64,000 nt of DNA from Eledone cirrhosa (GCA_964016885.1 OZ024743.1:376898001-376962000), one strand, 5' to 3'. Counted from the first letter of the stretch, positions 40,838 through 55,847 are shown. Notes: generated by a model from the sequence alone, not told the origin. A program made the numbers and translations.

Positions 40838-41175
40838 TAATAATTGTTTCTACATTAGGCACAAGGCCAGCAATTATCCAGTACATTACTGGTACTTTAT
40901 TTTATCGACCCCGTAAGGATGAAAGGCAAAGTCAACCTCGGCGAGATTTGAACTCAGATCGTAAAGGGACGTAACTATGCTATAATGGTTTCTTATATAG
41001 GCACAAGGCCAGCAATTTGGGGAGAGGGGATTAAATCGACCCCAGTGCGTGACTAGTACTTTATTTTATCGACCCCGTAGGGATGAAAGGCAAAGTTTAC
41101 CTCGGCGGTATTTGAACTCAGATCATAAAGGACCATAACTCTATGCTGCAAAGCATGGTGTCCGACGCTCTACCG
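40838..41175 (-). mobile_element. Two tandem SINE copies (40838-40982 head-truncated; 40983-41175 full length)
   Basis: Reverse complement of the SINE consensus: TTTATCGACCCCGTA.GGATGAAAGGCAAAGT, ATTTGAACTCAG, CTGCCAATCCACC. Confidence 0.9.
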
Positions 41176-41319
41176 ATTCTGCCAATCCACCGCTCTAACA
41201 TTAATAATAATAATGATGGTGATTATGTTGATGATGATGATAATAATCATGATCATGATCATGATTATGATGATGATGATGACAACGATCACGATGATAA
41301 TGATAAAAACAATAATAAT

Positions 41320-41540
41320 TATAATTGTTTCTGACATAGGTATATGGCCACATATTTGGGTGGTGGGAAGCTTAATCGATTAAATAGTAAATTGATTCTA
41401 GTATTTGACTGCTACTTTATGTTATCAACCTCAAAATAATAAAAGCAGAGTTGATCTGAGCAGGATCTGAACTCAGAAAGTAAATGACCGTAACTAAATA
41501 CTGCACAATATTTTGTCCAACGCTCTGATGATTCTGCTCT
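41320..41540 (-). mobile_element. Degenerate SINE
   Basis: Same motifs, more diverged. Confidence 0.7.
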
Positions 41541-41777
41541 AATATGAAAAAAAAGACATCAGTTTAAATTATTCCAATGAAATTCTCAAACTTTTTTTCT
41601 CAATACGTATTTAGAAGTTCTGGCGACCTCTAAATGTTCTATGACCAACAAGAAACTAGTTTACTAGTCAATATTATTTAACAAGAAGGGTCAAAGGTTC
41701 ATTTAGTAATTTGATAGTTTAGGGAAACCTAAGATGAATAACAATAATAATAACAAAGAAATTATATTTTCATTAAA

Positions 41778-41817
<40 letters not shown>

Positions 41818-42580
41818 GATCTTATGAATAATAGTTGATAATTAGAAAATTTTTCAATTATAGATAAGCCATTAAAAAAGCATATTATAAATAAATTTGT
41901 GAAAAAATGAATACTGATTTATCTTTCAAAATAATTATTATTGTATTTCCAACACAAATCAAACACTATTTGGGAATAAATCAAGCTAAAGCATACTTAA
42001 AGCTGTCGTCATAGTTCAATATTGAATGATTTCGCATTTTAATTCTGATAAGCAGTTTCACTTTAATTGTACCTTATTTTATTATTATTATTATTGTTTT
42101 TATTATTTTATTTTTAATAATTTTTATTTTCATCTTAATTTTTTAATATTTTCCATTTTATTTTTATTTCATTTTATTCTTATGTTTTTTTTTATTATTT
42201 CAGCTCTTAAATTGTTTACTTCTTTAGAAAATAAATTCCAGCCAAGAAATTTCTTAGAAAAATCATATCACCATGAAATTATAATCAAATCTCATTTAGA
42301 ATGGGGAAAAATTATATATATATATATATATATATACCAATAAATACACACACACACACACATATATATAATATATATATGTATATAATATATATATATA
42401 TATATATATTATATACATATACGTATACATATACATATAATGTACACACAAAAACAAACAATAATAATAATTTTTGCATCTGATTTAAATTTTTTCCCAT
42501 TAAAATAGTAAACTGCATTTGACAGAATCAAAGGGCAGATAGTTTGAATCATAGAAACAGCGGCAGGGTCCTCCCCCTCT

Positions 42581-42653
<73 letters not shown>

Positions 42654-43014
42654 CTCTCTGTCTGTCTTCCTTTCTCTCACACCCTGTTTCAATTGGAAAG
42701 GCTTTGGTTATCACTGGTTCCTTCTAGAAATTTCCTAGTACAAGGAAACGGGGCATAAAATTCATACAATGGGCAAGATGGTAGATCAAGTGGAAATATT
42801 TTCCTATTCAAGTGTCAATTTTGAAGTTTTTTAAACAATTCAAATGGTTAAAAGAAAACATTAATTACTCCTGCCTCATTTCTTTTATTCATCTTCTTCG
42901 TCGTCGTCTTTTTCTTCTTCATCATCATCATCATCATCATCATCAGCTTCTTCTTCTTCTTCTTCTTCTTCTTCTTCTTCTTCTTCTTCTTCTTCTTCTT
43001 CTTCTTCTTCTTCT

Positions 43015-43049
<35 letters not shown>

Positions 43050-43350
43050 TTCTTCTTCTTCTTCTTCTTCTTCTTCTTCTTCTTCTTCTTCTTCTTCTTC
43101 TTCTTCTTCTTCTTCTTCTTTTCTTCCTTTCTTTCGTTTTCTGCTGTGTACTAAATTTTTCCTTTTCTTCATCTTCACTATCATCATCATCATCGCTATC
43201 ATCCTCAACATTATCATCATCATCATCATATTATTATTATTATTATTAGGCTATGGACTGACAAGATCTGTAGGGCGTCGGACAACATATTTTATGGGAT
43301 ATAGCTACGGCCCTTTACGTTCTGAGTTCAAATCCTGCCAAACTAAAACT

Positions 43351-43395
<45 letters not shown>

Positions 43396-43409
43396 TGTGT
43401 GTGTGTGTG

Positions 43410-43468
<59 letters not shown>

Positions 43469-43577
43469 AAAATGGAGAGCTGTGTGGTTGCACATGGGTT
43501 ACATATGAATAAAATTAGTCCTTAATCAGTGATCTTCCAACTTTCATTGGTATTTCATCGCTTTATATATATATACA

Positions 43578-43644
<67 letters not shown>

Positions 43645-43852
43645 TATAATTGGCTTTCTTAAATTTTGAATTATCTCTATATATATATACAAACCAAAAT
43701 TTAAGAAACCTAAGGAGAGTATTATTATCGCTACGAACGTTTCATCCGGTTTTCTTTTCTCTCCTGAAGAGCAGAGGACTGTAAAGTACATGGTTCTTAA
43801 CTCATTTTACAAATGAAAATAGTGAAGTATTACACTGTAACCTCATACATTG

Positions 43853-44005
<153 letters not shown>

Positions 44006-44133
44006 TTAGCCGTCGAAACGGCTTGAGCTCAGCTGTCGGGGTCTTACTGGTTCCTATTACCCACTCTACTACCTCAATTAATGAGTACTTTGGTGTGTTA
44101 TGGTCCACCTGGTTCCTTACCACATTTCCTTCG

Positions 44134-44173
<40 letters not shown>

Positions 44174-44392
44174 AAAATTATATTAAGGGTGTCATGTCCG
44201 AGACATGCGCCATATTGACCGTAGAATAAGCTCAAAGATTCCAATGAATAGATCCGAGCATTTTATATCAACTAGAAATTGTTTGACATATATATATATA
44301 TTTAAAATTATCCTCTGTGATTGTTTCATGTCTTTATTTTAAATATATATATATATGTCAATCAATTTCTAGTTGATATATATATATATATG

Positions 44393-44498
<106 letters not shown>

Positions 44499-44674
44499 AA
44501 TTAGCGAGAATCGTATTTCAGCTCAGGAATTAACGAAAAACAACTTCCGAGATGTGTGGCAAGCGCTCGATCATTCATATGAATCAGAGCTACAACATAC
44601 GTTAAAGGCCAAACACGCTGAGATGGTGGTTAAACTAATCATCCGCACAGCCAAAAAAAAACGACCAAGTAATT

Positions 44675-44880
44675 CGGGTCAAACAATTAAAAACAACTGG
44701 TACGATCAACGGAACAGTCTGCTTGTGAAATTCACGTGCAAGTGGTTAAGCATTCCACCGACACGCTTACCTTTAACGCACTTATCAACGAGATTCAGCA
44801 TGGCACAGAATGTCACAAGGCAGGACCTTCAAATTATATAACTTATTCTTGCCAACTGAGTGGACTGAAGCAATATTACG
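44675..44880 (-). mobile_element. 3' portion of another cephalopod-type SINE family; related plus-strand copy at about 58340-58585
   Basis: GAACAGTCTGCTTGTGAAATT..GTGCAAGTGG..CTGAGTGGACTG; weak reverse-complement similarity to 58510-58585. Confidence 0.55.
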
Positions 44881-44949
44881 ATCGGGAGTTTGAATACACT
44901 AACCAGAAAACCACGCACCTTCACTATCACATACACACACACACATATA

Positions 44950-45017
<68 letters not shown>

Positions 45018-45222
45018 CGTTTCTGAATTTGTTTAGCAAGATTCTTTATCTGAAAACATGTGTTGAAACCGATATTGTTATACTTTGGAAGGGTCATGTT
45101 GCCAATAAGAAACACACGCACCAGTTGCTTTCACTTCAATTTATTATAATAAATTAAATTTATAAACTTATAAATTTCCGGTTGGTTGGTTGGTTCCACA
45201 ACCAGATGATTGTTCATATATT

Positions 45223-45265
45223 GTCAAAGTTCTTTCGTCACACATTCTGTGACCTCTTCAGTGAC
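45223..45265 (-). ncRNA. Minimal type I hammerhead ribozyme (minus-strand copy)
   Basis: GTCA-CTGAAGA-G-GTCACA(GAATG)TGTGAC-GAAA-GAACTT-TGAC; 4-bp stem I GTCA/TGAC. Confidence 0.8.
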
Positions 45266-45327
45266 TGGGGATTCTTTTCTTTGTTTTTGTGCCTCTCCTT
45301 TGTTCTGTCCTACGCCATCTTGTTTTC

Positions 45328-45368
45328 TCACTGAAGAGGTCACAGAATGTGTGACGAAAGAACTTTGA
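45328..45368 (+). ncRNA. Minimal type I hammerhead ribozyme (plus-strand copy), predicted cleavage after 45365
   Basis: TCA-CTGAAGA-G-GTCACA(GAATG)TGTGAC-GAAA-GAACTT-TGA; intact core, 6-bp stem II, short near-palindromic stem III. Confidence 0.78.
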
Positions 45369-45675
45369 CAATATATGAACAATCATCTGGTTGTGGAACC
45401 AACCAACCAACCGGAAATTTATAAATTCATAAATTTATAAATTTAATTTATTATAATAAATTGAAGTGAAAGCAACTGGTGCGTGTGTTTCTTATTGGCA
45501 ACATGACCCTCCCAAAGTATAACAATATATATATATATATATATATATAAAGTATAACAATATATATATATATATATATGTAAAAGTTCTATTTAAATTG
45601 TTGGGATACAAGTAAATATTTTTATAACTGAAATAAAGCACTCAATATTTATTTATAAAACTGATCTATATTATA

Positions 45676-45735
45676 TTTTATCTGATGAAAGCATACCATA
45701 ATTTAACTAGGTGTCCTTGAAATATGTATAATGAA
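45676..45735 (+). ncRNA. Degenerate hammerhead-like motif
   Basis: CTGATGA-AAGCATACC..GGTGTCCTT-GAAA-TATGTA; stem I poor. Confidence 0.4.
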
Positions 45736-46147
45736 ATAAATATGGTTTTATAAATATAGTTTCTATTTGTATATATATATATATTTAAGTATGACAATAA
45801 TATATATATATCGAACTTTAACTGCAGTGCAGCAAGTACTATTCGGTTTGTTTTGAGGCAATCACAAAACATTCAATAGATCGAAAGCTAAAAACACACA
45901 TTAAGTCCTGAGTTAAACGCCGTAGTTATGAAATGTGACACAAAGAGAACTGATCGAAGGCACAAACTACCTATACATACAACAAAATAACGATAGATAC
46001 AAAAAGGTTTTATGAATGGAAATATACATATATATATATGTGTGTGTTTGTGTGTGTGTGTGTGTGCGTGTGTGTACACATATATATATATATACACATA
46101 TATATGTATGTATCTATGTATGCATGTATGTATGTATATATGTATGT

Positions 46148-46226
<79 letters not shown>

Positions 46227-46235
46227 TATGTATGT

Positions 46236-46273
<38 letters not shown>

Positions 46274-46378
46274 GCGCGGTCTTGACCAAGCTGGTATGGA
46301 AATATTTTTCTCTCTCTCTCTTTCGTCTGCGACTTCACAAAACTTATGTTTACCGAATTCGTAGACCAGACCCCTTTA

Positions 46379-46510
<132 letters not shown>

Positions 46511-46839
46511 TTTTCCCCCCCGTTAGACTTGTGCAAAATTCTTTCCTTGCTCACATTTCAACCAGGTTTGATGGTTTTTGTCTCTTGTTCACGATTTCAC
46601 CGAGTTTATATTCATAGAGATCTGGGACTTGTCTATTTCTTCTCACTTTCCGTTGCTTAAACTTTTTGTTTGTTACCCTGGCGTCCCCTTTGTTTACGTG
46701 TCCCAACGACTTTTTTTAGCCGTTGTTCGCACCAACCTGAGGCATATGGCCCTTAAAGCGATGAAATGCCTGGGACGGTTGGAGGGTCACTGATGAAGGA
46801 CTTACCTTTTCATATATATATATATATATATATGTATGT

Positions 46840-46894
<55 letters not shown>

Positions 46895-47280
46895 TCATGT
46901 TCTCTGATTGGTTGTGTTTTTATCAGTTCTTTTTATTTCTGTTTCCATATAATTTTTTTTTATAAATTGCTAAGTCTTTCAGAAGAAATAACTTAAACTG
47001 GTAGCAGTTATATTATAACACTCGTTATACAATAAAACTAAACAAAATAACAATAATACATCTATTTCAGAATAAATCTAACTAGTGTATCCTGTCCGTT
47101 CCAATAACGAGTGCTTAAAGAGGCAGAGAGATGGGGGTAGAAAGAGAGAGAGAGGGGAGAGGAGAGAGAGAGACGGGAGATATACAGAAAGAGATAGAGG
47201 GAGGGTGAGAAAGAGACAGAGACACACAGAGAGAAAGAGACACACAGAGAGTGAGAGATGGAGATAGAGAGCGACAGAAA

Positions 47281-47384
<104 letters not shown>

Positions 47385-47850
47385 GAATAGCTATTTTAGA
47401 ATTAAATTGTATGAAACGGCAATAACAATGAATGCCATCTCTTTTTATCAAGAAACTACATTTGAAAACATTATTCCCCCTCAAGGAAATTACCTTTTGA
47501 CAGAGAGTATCGGCAAAAGGCTCTCACTTTACGGTGGCTGTTTAGTGAACTGTCAATTGAAAGCTGTCAGCAGACAGGAAGCTGACAAAGGGATCAGTCG
47601 ACGGGGCTAGCCGATGGCAACCTTCTGACAACCAATCTTGTTGAAGTCAAAAATATTTTCAGAATGAAAATAAGATGGCTTTAAAGACGGCAGTAGAGAA
47701 AACAAAAATGTTACTAATAGTGGATATAATAATAATTAGGAGAGAGAGGGGGGGGATATGTCTTTGTTATAAAAACCTTGCAATAGTCGAAAGATTTGTT
47801 ATCGCATCCTGACTAAAAAGATACAAATTAAAAGTCGCAAATATGAAAAC

Positions 47851-47923
<73 letters not shown>

Positions 47924-48926
47924 AAATATAATAAAAATAATGATATACAAAGACTATAAAGAAAAACATGAACGAATATATAATATATATAAAGCATTTT
48001 GAAGACGTCGGAAACGAGGCTGCAATCATGGCGCACAGGAAATTGTAAATGACCAAACTGACAGCTTACTGCTGAGTGAAATAAGAAAAGCGGAGCAGTA
48101 GTTCTTATCAATAAAAGAACTAACTTTAGAAACATCGTAATTATTGTAGGGAAATGTTTTGAAATTTACTGAAATTGTAGATATTTCTGATGGAGGCGGT
48201 GAAGAATGTAGGGCTGGTGTAAGTAGAAGTAGATGATGATGATGATGACGATGATGATGATGATGATGTAGAAGAAGAAGAAGAAGAAGAAGAAGAAGAA
48301 GAAGAAGAAGAAGAAGAAGAAGAAGAAGAAGAAGAAGAAGAAAGAGAGAAAGAAACAAAGAAGAAGAAGAAGAAGAAGAAGAAGAAGAAGAAGAAGAAAG
48401 AGAGAAAGAAACAAAGAAGAAGAAGAAGAAGAAGAAGAAGAAGGTGATGGTGGTGGTCTTAATGTGGGATTATCTTCACGTCGATGGCTTGGTGAGAAAA
48501 ACAGACAGACAGACAGACGTACAGACAGACAGAAGACAGACAGACAAACATGTACAAACATACGTACAGACAGACAGATGACTGACAGACAGATGACTGA
48601 CAGACAGATAGACAAAGAGAGAGACAAACTGACTAACAGACATACAAAGATACACACAGATAGACTGACAGACAGACAGATAGGCTAATTGATAGACAGA
48701 GAGACAGACAGACAGACAGACAGATAGACTTACAGACAGACAGACAGGCTAATTGATAGACAGAGAGACAGAGAGACAGACAGACAGGCTAATTGATAGA
48801 CAGACAGAGTTAGAAACAGATTAACTGACAAAGAGATAGACAGTGAGACTGACTGATAGACAGATAGAGAGTCAGACATGCAGTAAGACAGTTGTGGTGG
48901 TGGTGGTGGTGGTGGTGGTGGTGGTG

Positions 48927-49150
48927 GTGGTGAGTGGGATGGGGTGAGGTGGTGGTGGTGGTGGTGGTCGTTGTCGTCGGTGAGTGGGATGGGGTGAGGT
49001 GGTGGTGGTGGTGGTCGTTGTCGTCGGTGAGTGGGATGGGGTGAGGTGGTGGTGGTGGTGGTCGTCGTTGTCGTCGGTGAGTGGGATGGGGTGAGGTGGT
49101 GGAGGTGGTGGTGGTCGTTGTCGTCGGTGAGTGGGATGGGGTGAGGTGGT
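48927..49150. repeat. About 48-bp G-rich minisatellite (GGTGAGTGGGATGGGGTGA(GGT)nCGTTGTCGTC)
   Basis: About five visible units. Confidence 0.9.
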
Positions 49151-49241
49151 GTAGGGGTGGGGTTGGAGTGAGGTAAAGGTGACATTTCAAACATCGGACT
49201 ATGAAAGTGGCTGTCATCAAATACATAGACATATTAATTAC

Positions 49242-49273
49242 ACTACTACTGCTACTACTACTGCTGCTCCTAT

Positions 49274-49319
<46 letters not shown>

Positions 49320-49354
49320 GCTGCTGCTGCTACTACTACTACTGCTGCTCCTAT

Positions 49355-49400
<46 letters not shown>

Positions 49401-49432
49401 GCTGCTGCTACTACTACTACTGCTGCTCCTAT

Positions 49433-49481
<49 letters not shown>

Positions 49482-49536
49482 GCTGCTGCTACAACTACTA
49501 CTGCTACTCCTATTACTACTACTACTACTACTACTG

Positions 49537-49577
<41 letters not shown>

Positions 49578-49599
49578 GCTACTACTACTACTGCTGCTG

Positions 49600-49646
<47 letters not shown>

Positions 49647-49678
49647 GCTGCTGCTACTACTACTACTGCTGCTCCTAT

Positions 49679-49742
<64 letters not shown>

Positions 49743-49868
49743 GCTACTACTACTACTGCTGCTGCTACTATTACTACTACTACTATAAGACGAGTTTATG
49801 TTGAGGACTACTGCTGCTGCTGCTACTACTACTACTACTGTTGCTGCTGCTACTACTACTACTACTAC
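49242..49868. repeat. (CTA/CTG)n compound microsatellite
   Basis: Direct. Confidence 0.95.
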
Positions 49869-49985
49869 AAGACGAGTTTATGTTGAGGACGAAACATTTG
49901 GTTCATAACTCCATAACTCCTGTATGAAAGGGCTAACGAATATATTTGAGTGATTTAGTTTTTGTCACTTAGCTTTTCCGTCTAT

Positions 49986-50610
49986 ATTGGTAGTATCTGT
50001 AGAGGGTCGGACGCCATGCTTTGCAGCATAGATTTACGGCCCTTTACGGTTTGAGTTCAAATCCCACCGAGGTTAACTTTGCCTTTCATCCTTACGGGGT
50101 CGATAAAATAGAGTACCAGTAACGCCTTGAGCCAAAAGTAGAAACAATTATGACTAAATCATGTACAGCAGTGGATTGGCAGAATGGTTTGTGCGTCGGA
50201 TAAAATTACTTGTAGCATTTGTTCTGGCACTTTATGTTCTGAGTTCAAATTCCGCCGAGGCCACCTTAGCCTTACATATTTTGGGGGTCGATAAAATAAA
50301 GCACCAGTGAAATACTGGGATCGATTTATTCGACTTTCCCTACCCATATTGCTCACCTTATACCTAAATTTGAAATCAATATTATCAAATCAAAGGACGA
50401 TGGATTGGCAGTAAGGGCGGTGGATTGGCAGTATCGGTAGAGGGTCGGATGCCATGCTTTGCAGCATAGAGTTACGGCCCTTTCCATTCTGAGTTCAAAT
50501 CCCGTCGAGGTTAACTTTGCCTTTCATCCTTACGGGGTCGATAAAATAAAGTACCAGTAATGTACTGGGTAATTGCTGGCCTTGTGCCAAAAGTAGAAAC
50601 AATTATTATC
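49986..50610 (+). mobile_element. Cluster of three tandem SINE copies (about 49986-50150, 50165-50385, 50415-50610)
   Basis: Each has a TTGG(C/T)AG A-box, a GAGTTCAAAT B-box and the GGGGTCGATAAAATA core. Confidence 0.9.
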
Positions 50611-51689
50611 AAATCGTTTATTAGAGAAAATGCCACAGATTTTTCTATGCGTTTATTACTAGAACGTAGATACCAAATGATTTGTGATTTTTGTTCCATC
50701 TCTCATTTTCTATGATTAAATTCGATGAAGGTCAACTTCGCCTTTTATCCTTTCAGAGTTGGTAAATAAAGTACCAGTCCTAAATTGTTGATTAGCGCAA
50801 TTTTAGGGGCTGCCTAGCGGTGACTGTTTTGGTTCTTTGTTTTAAGTTCAGCGACCGCTTCCTGTACCGGGAAATGACGATATAACAGTATGCTGGTCCC
50901 TATCATTAAAATGCACAAGGGACTTGTGAGAAACAACCACTTAGAAGATAGGTGAAACCTACGTAGGTGTGGGTTGTAACAACAACAATAACCACAGCAA
51001 CAGATTCTTCAAACAGATTGTTTCATCTTATAATTATTGCTGTCTTAAGCCATATTTATTTAATCGATATAACCAAATATCATTCATTGCCTTACCTCGT
51101 AAATGCGTTTTATTTCGTTCTCATTCTTCTACGTTACCAGTTGTAACCTTTGCATTGAGATAAGTGACATCATATTGCTAAAACATATCATATCGTACTA
51201 TGACATGCCATATTATGACACATACAATGACATATAGTACTATGACTGATCATACTACTACATATATTATGGCACATTATACAATTACGATAAAATAAAG
51301 TACCAGTAATGCACTGGGATAATTGCTGGCCTTGTGCCAAAAGTAGAAACAATTATACAATTACATATCATATTGCTATAACATATAATCGTATCATAAC
51401 TTGTACTCTGACGAATCATAATATAGCATATAATTATGACTTACCAAAATTATGACATACGATCATGTCAAAAGTCGAGTAATATTTAAATGATTTCTCC
51501 ATCTCTTCTTTATTACATACAGTCACGTGATAGAGCCATGTGATTTCTATCTTATTTCACCTATACACTCACCTCAAGCAACTCTTTGCAGTTGTTTACT
51601 ATTCCTTCCCCCTCCTTTGACAGTTATCTATCCCACACCACTTTTACATCTTTACCTCTTACTATCACTCTCAATAACTAAAACTCAAA

Positions 51690-51960
51690 CTAATACTACT
51701 TTCTCTATTATGTCACTCTCACCATCACCCTCAATAACTATTAACACCTTTATTATATCCTTACCTTTCACTATCACTTTCGGTAAATAATACCCCCTTC
51801 TATTATATAACTCTTACAATCACCCCCAATAACTAATACTACTTTCTCTATTACCTCACTCTCACCATCACCCTCGATAACTATTACCACCTTGTCTATT
51901 ATATAACTCACACCATCACCCTCTATAACTAATACCACTTTCTCTACAACATCACTCTCA
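51690..51960. repeat. Degenerate minisatellite (AATAACTAATACTACTTTCTCTATTA..CTCTCACCATCACCCTC)
   Basis: Several diverged units of about 45-50 bp. Confidence 0.65.
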
Positions 51961-54289
51961 CTGTTACTCTCCTCACAATAAGGAATTCTCTCACTCATTC
52001 TATACTCTCCACTCTCTCTCCCTCTCACCCTCTCTCCCTCTCTCTCTCTCTCTCTCTCTTCTTACCGTCACAACTATGGTCAGACAATATTTATTTTTGG
52101 TCTTTTTGCTAGCAAAATTGTTGTATAAACAAACACAAAGTGAATTTCTTTTTTTTTTTTTTGCTTTTTTTGGATGGTGTTGGATGGAATTTTTGTTTTG
52201 TTTCTTTTTATCTTTGTTTTGTTTTAATACACATTGACAGTAATTATAATATGCACTAAGTCTGTAGCGGCTGCAATAATACAGCGTCAGGGGCGCACAA
52301 CAGCCTAGGGCCACAAACATTATCGTAAAAAGATTTATAACCAGAATTCAATTGGAGCATATCTTCCATTTTTTTTTCAAGCCATGAGGAATAAACAAAC
52401 AAAACATTTCCGGCAAGTGTTTCCATCCATTAAATTCAAATTATTTTACTGTTCTTCTAGTTTTTTGCCTTACCATTTTGTTATTTGTATAACGTTAAAA
52501 ATATAGTGAAACTCCCGCGCGCATATACACATATATATACACATATACGAGAAAAATATACACATACACGTAATTAGACATATACATATATACACAAGAA
52601 AATACACATACACACACACATCCACATATACATATATGCAAGAAAAATACACACATGCACGTAATTAGACATATACATATTGTACACAAGAAAATGCACA
52701 CACACAAAAATCCATATATTTATACATAGATACAAGAAAAATACACACATACACATAAATACATATATACATACGCATAGATATACTTATATAAAAAAAA
52801 TATCCACATACACACAAATACACATATACCAAAAATATCCACATACACATTTATATACATACACTGATACTAGATATATCCTCATACAGATGAATAAATA
52901 TATACTTGAAAAACATACTTACACATAACTCCACACGTAGAAGAAAAATACGCATAGACATGAATAAACTTGTATAAAAATATTCACATAAATATACATA
53001 TATATACACACAAATATACTTATACTTAAATAGACACAAATATACTTATACATAAATACACATAGTCGTAAATACACATTTACAAGAAAAATACATATGC
53101 ACATAGATACACTTATACAACAACATACACATATACATAAACATATTTACAAGAAAAATACACATACACATAGATACACATATACATAGACATATTTACA
53201 AGAAAAATATACATACACATAGATACAACAACACTTATACAACAACACACACACATATACATAGATACAACAACACTTATACAACAACACACACATATAC
53301 ATAGACATATTTACAAGAACAATACACATAGATACACATATACATAGACATATTTAGAAGAAAAATACACAGAAACAATAACAAAAGCAGTTGAATGAAT
53401 TTTGTCGTGATTTTATCAAAGAAAATGGTGGGTAGGGAGTTTGTGTCGATTCTAGTCTCCTGCTCTTTAATTCCTTTGCTGCTTTTAGACCATATTCCAT
53501 AAGTTTTTTCCCACTGGATTTCCTTTCTCACATCACCACTTTCCTATATACTTCACCCCACACTAACACCCCCCTCCACCCCACTCCACAACCCACCCCC
53601 ACCCCCACCCCACATACACACACCACCACCACTCCACTCCACCACCACCCCACACCACAACCACCCCACTCCACCACCATTCACCCCCTTTACCAACACA
53701 CACCGATATTCATATCCTAACTTGTTCTCTCCTTATATCTCCAAGTTTTTTCTATTCATCCCTTCGTCTTGCCAACACCGCAACAAACCACCTCAACTAA
53801 CCATTACCATGGTCACCATCTCTCTCTCTCTCTCTCCCTCTCTCTCTCCCTCTCTCTCTCCCTCTCTCTCTCCCTCTCTCTCTCCCTCTCTCTCTCTTTC
53901 CATCTCTCTCTCTCTTTCCCCCACTCTTTTTCCCCCTCTCCCTGTCTCTTTCGAACTCTCTCTCTCTCTCTCTCTTTCCCCTCTCTCTCCCCACTCTCTT
54001 CCCCCCTCTCTCTCTCACTCTCTAACTATCTATCTTTCCCCAGAGAGATAGGTGAAGAATTAATAATAAAGCAGCCATCTTTCCTACAATGAAGTGGTAC
54101 AATTTCTCCTGACTCAACACTCCAGTAATTATTGACTACAAATATGTTTGTCTAAAGTTTTACATTTATAACATTGATTGTCTTTTCCTTCTTTTCTAAA
54201 TTTGGTTTCCATTTTTTTTTATTCATCTCCCGCGCACACACACTATATATATATACATATATATATATATATGTGTATGTATATATACC

Positions 54290-54366
<77 letters not shown>

Positions 54367-55419
54367 GTATATATATATATATAATGTTCTGTTTTTTAAA
54401 ACATGATGCTTACATCCACCCAATTAAGACCCCTCCAGTGCCATGCTAGGCTGCTATCGAAATCTATAGCTTTATTGGTTTTTATCTGTGATTGCCATCT
54501 GTGGGAGTGGGGCTGGAAGAGAGCTCTATTATAGTAGCAAGTGCTGACGGCAGGGGAACGAGACGGAGAGGGGATCTGAGGATGATAGAAGGAGAGAGAG
54601 AGACAATCAGAGAGTCAGTGACAGGGATAGAGAGAGCGCGACAGAGAAACAGAGTCAGTGGCAGAGAGAAAGAGAGGGCGAGAGAGAGAGGCCGACAGAA
54701 GGGGAGAGAGACAGATAGTCAGTAGCAGAGAGAGACAAAGAGAAAAATAGAGGGGCAGACAGAAGGAGAGAGGATGAGAGAGGGGTGAGAGGGGGAGTGA
54801 GAAAGATATACAGAAAGAGAGAGAGTGAGAGAGAGACAGACTCAGGAGCCGAATGACTCATCACCATGTCGTACGTCACTTGAAACTGTCTTTACTACAG
54901 CGACAAATATCTACTGACGAACGTGAAATATTAGCTGTTGGCTGTAATCGATCCTGTGTTCCCTTGATTTACACTCGAAACAATCCGTGACTGATCCGTG
55001 ATGACCTTCTCTGCTAAGAGCATACTAGGGTGAAATCGATTCTATTGAAACATAGAAGATATGCAAAGACACACACATACAATCTCGAAAACATTTTTGG
55101 ATGGCTGCGAAGTCTTTGTTTAATGTTTGCTGCTTCCGGTTGAGGCTGAACTGATAGTAAAAGCCGTTACCATGAATAGATTTCTGACAAAGAGTTATGA
55201 CATCAATCAATGATGTGTTAGAAAGCAGTTCTAATCACTGTATCGCTAAAGAATATTTAGAAGAGAAATTATTGATATGTTTTTTTTTACAGGGTAGAAG
55301 AGGATATTGAAGTACAGAGAATTAAAGTTTAACTAGTTAGCATAAGAATCGCTAGAAGTGTAGGGTACGTGATATGTGTACAGGATATGGCTACGTCCCT
55401 GTCACTATTGCTATGTATG

Positions 55420-55451
<32 letters not shown>

Positions 55452-55847
55452 TGTATGTATGTATGTATGTATGTATGTATGTATGTATGTATGTAGGTCT
55501 GTATGTACGTGTGTATGTATGTATTATGTATGTATTATGTATATGTGCGTGTGTGTGTATGTGTATGTATGTAAGTATGAATGTATGTATATGTGTATGT
55601 ATGTATGTATGCATTATGTATGTGTTATGTATGTATATGTATATATTATGTATGTATGTATATGTACGTGTGTATATGTAAGTATGTATATATGTAAGTA
55701 TGAATGTATGTTTATGTCTTTGTATGTATGTATGCATGTATGTATGCATGTATGTATGCATGTATGTATGCTCTGTTCTTATTATTTTATAAAATTTCAC
55801 CAATGAAGAGAGAGAGAGGGAGAGAGAGAGGGGAGAGAGAGATAGAG

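Larger units (their letters stand above)
45072..45528. mobile_element. Penelope-like/retrozyme-like non-coding element forming an inverted repeat (arms about 193 and 201 bp, 63-nt spacer) between (TA)n arrays
   Basis: 45072-45264 is the reverse complement of 45328-45528 apart from a small indel and a few substitutions; each arm carries a hammerhead. Confidence 0.8.

Noticed and set aside
54910-54935. CTGACGAACGTGAAA hammerhead-like string
   Set aside because: No room for a stem II loop; likely chance
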